From NCBI GenBank assembly GCA_918797485.1, contig CAKKNE010000002.1, positions 3,658,001 through 3,722,000 on the forward strand: a stretch of DNA of 64,000 nucleotides, written 5' to 3'. Made by a program: the position numbers and the translations under genes. Shown in pieces: positions 62,746-64,000 of the stretch. Position 1 is the first letter of the stretch, and every line of letters starts with the position of its first letter. A model generated the notes under the pieces. It was given only the letters and a program-made list of their open reading frames with translations, had not been told where the DNA came from and searched no databases. The stretch comes from Pelagomonas calceolata. Taxonomy: Eukaryota.

Positions 62746-63136
62746 GGCTAGGCCGAATCACCCCGATGAAAAAGTTGCGCGTAAGAATAAAAAATTAATT
62801 ACCTTGCTTAAGAGCTAGGCCGCCTTCGGGGGCTGCAAGACCGAACGCCCGTGACGTACTTTTTTTATGTATGCACGAAAAACAAGGGTAAAGTTTTTTT
62901 AGACGCACCCTGCGGGCGCATCGAAAAAACCGTGACCTTACCCAAAAGGGCCCGGGATGCGTGATTGTCCCGCAGCCCCTCTTTTCCCCGACGTCGAACT
63001 AAGATTTCGGGGAGAACACGGGGAGACTCGAGTTAGAGAAGCTCTCGGGTGACCAGAGGGGTGATTCACTAAGTGATTCACTGGGGCCGCCCGGGAAGGG
63101 GCCAAATCGGCGTTCTTATTAGCAATACGGGCTACC

Positions 63137-64000
63137 TTACTTCACCCGCAGGCTCTTGGCCCGTTCGATGGTGGCGAAGAGCCCGTTCGTGTGGACGGCG
63201 GACGTGTTCCCGGCGCGCGGGCAGAACGGCGGTCCGGGCGGGGCCTTGCCTAGCGTCGAAAGGCCGACAGTCAAATCATCGGCGCCGCGCGGGACGCCGC
63301 GCTTCAAGTATGGATTGCGCCAATGCTCGACAAACGGCGCGCCGTCGTTCGCCCCGCGACGGTACGGCGCCGGGCGCACCCGGCCGCAGGAGAAATCTGC
63401 GGCGCCGACCTGTGTGGAAATCAAAATTGTTCGTGCTGAATCATCGCGATTTCCACACAGGCGCCAACGAAGCCGGCGCGCGCCACGCGCGCGGCGAGCC
63501 GCTCGGCGTCTCGCGGCGCGTCGAAAGGCGCGGCGGCGCGGAGCGACGCGGCGCTCGAGGGCGGCGGCTCCGCGTAGCGGCGGCGGCTGAGCGCGAGCGC
63601 GCCCCGGACCCCGGCGCGGAGGTGGGTCTCCATGGTCGCGCCGCGCGCGGTGGGCGCGCTCCGCGGGTCGAACACGGGGGCGGCGTAGACGCCCGGCGCG
63701 CTCGCGGTCGACACGAGGTGGTGCAGATGCCGCGCGGCCGCGGCGAGCGCCCCGGCGCGCCGCGCGTCGTCGGCGGCCTGGTCGTCCAGCTCTCTCGCGG
63801 CGCGCCGCTGGTCGAGGCGCTCGCGGAGCGCCTCGCCCGTCGCGACGACTGCCTCGACGTAGCGCCGCCGGGCACGGAAGTCGTGTCGGTAGCGCCGCGA
63901 GTAGAACCCGCGGAACGTCCGCTGCGCGAGCGTGGCGTGGTAGTGGTAAATGGCGCGCGCCTCGCGCCGCGCGCGGGCCGCGCGGCGCGCCGCCGCGAGC
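63137..64000 (-). CDS. SPATA17: SPATA17-like IQ-motif protein, 5' end outside the window
   Basis: YHYHATLAQRTFRGFYSRRYRHDFRARRRYVEAV (IQ-like) and ARHLHHLVSTASAPGVY resemble SPATA17; spliced across the introner to the stop at 63137. Confidence 0.7.
   Translation of the reverse strand, partial: ARGGAPRGPRAARGARHLPLPRHARAADVPRVLLAALPTRLPCPAALRRGSRRDGRGAPRAPRPAARRERAGRPGRRRRAARRGARRGRAASAPPRVDRERAGRLRRPRVRPAERAHRARRDHGDPPPRRGPGRARAQPPPLRGAAALERRVAPRRRAFRRAARRRAARRARGARRLRWRLCGNRDDSARTILISTQVGAADFSCGRVRPAPYRRGANDGAPFVEHWRNPYLKRGVPRGADDLTVGLSTLGKAPPGPPFCPRAGNTSAVHTNGLFATIERAKSLRVK
63410..63460 (-). mobile_element. Minimal 51-bp introner element
   Basis: Perfect 13-bp TIR CTGTGTGGAAATC / GATTTCCACACAG; TSD GCGCCGAC / GCGCCAAC. 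Minus-strand intron 63468-63410 (GT..AG) restores the frame ARAGF|VGAADF. Confidence 0.93.

Noticed and set aside
62755..63067. 10-bp inverted repeat GAATCACCCC / GGGGTGATTC as a MITE
   Set aside because: Too short and no clear TSD.

Overview
Eukaryotic nuclear DNA from a pelagophyte stramenopile, most likely Aureococcus anophagefferens. This is inferred from two introner-type introns with CTGTG(C/T)GGAAATC terminal inverted repeats and 8-bp target-site duplications. Most of the window (about 1-57.9 kb) is a comparatively low-GC block of conserved genes with short introns, several apparently GC-AG: a MAPKKK, Nup88-like, Kelch, DHHC, kinesin, TRAPPC8, AHI1, DAW1, NOT1, TRRAP and TCTE1/DRC5. 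It switches to very GC-rich genes (R2R3-MYB, SPATA17-like) after about 58 kb. Intergenic DNA holds MITEs, a Helitron remnant and dispersed repeats. The most striking signal is that intergenic DNA is saturated with 8-mers obeying one rule, XY-C-revcomp(XY)-G-XY (AACTTGAA, AGCCTGAG, CACTGGCA, GACTCGGA, ACCGTGAC, GGCCCGGG, TACTAGTA, ATCATGAT). Comparing repeat copies inside the window shows these words are 6-bp insertions at a pre-existing dinucleotide. I interpret them as stereotyped, frame-preserving hairpin-type excision footprints of an unidentified 2-bp-TSD transposon, accumulated until they make up whole intergenic tracts. A second footprint system (TA-CCG/CGG/CC/GG-TA, Tc1/mariner-like) coexists. 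Gene identities come from recognised motifs, not database searches; intron coordinates were derived by hand.
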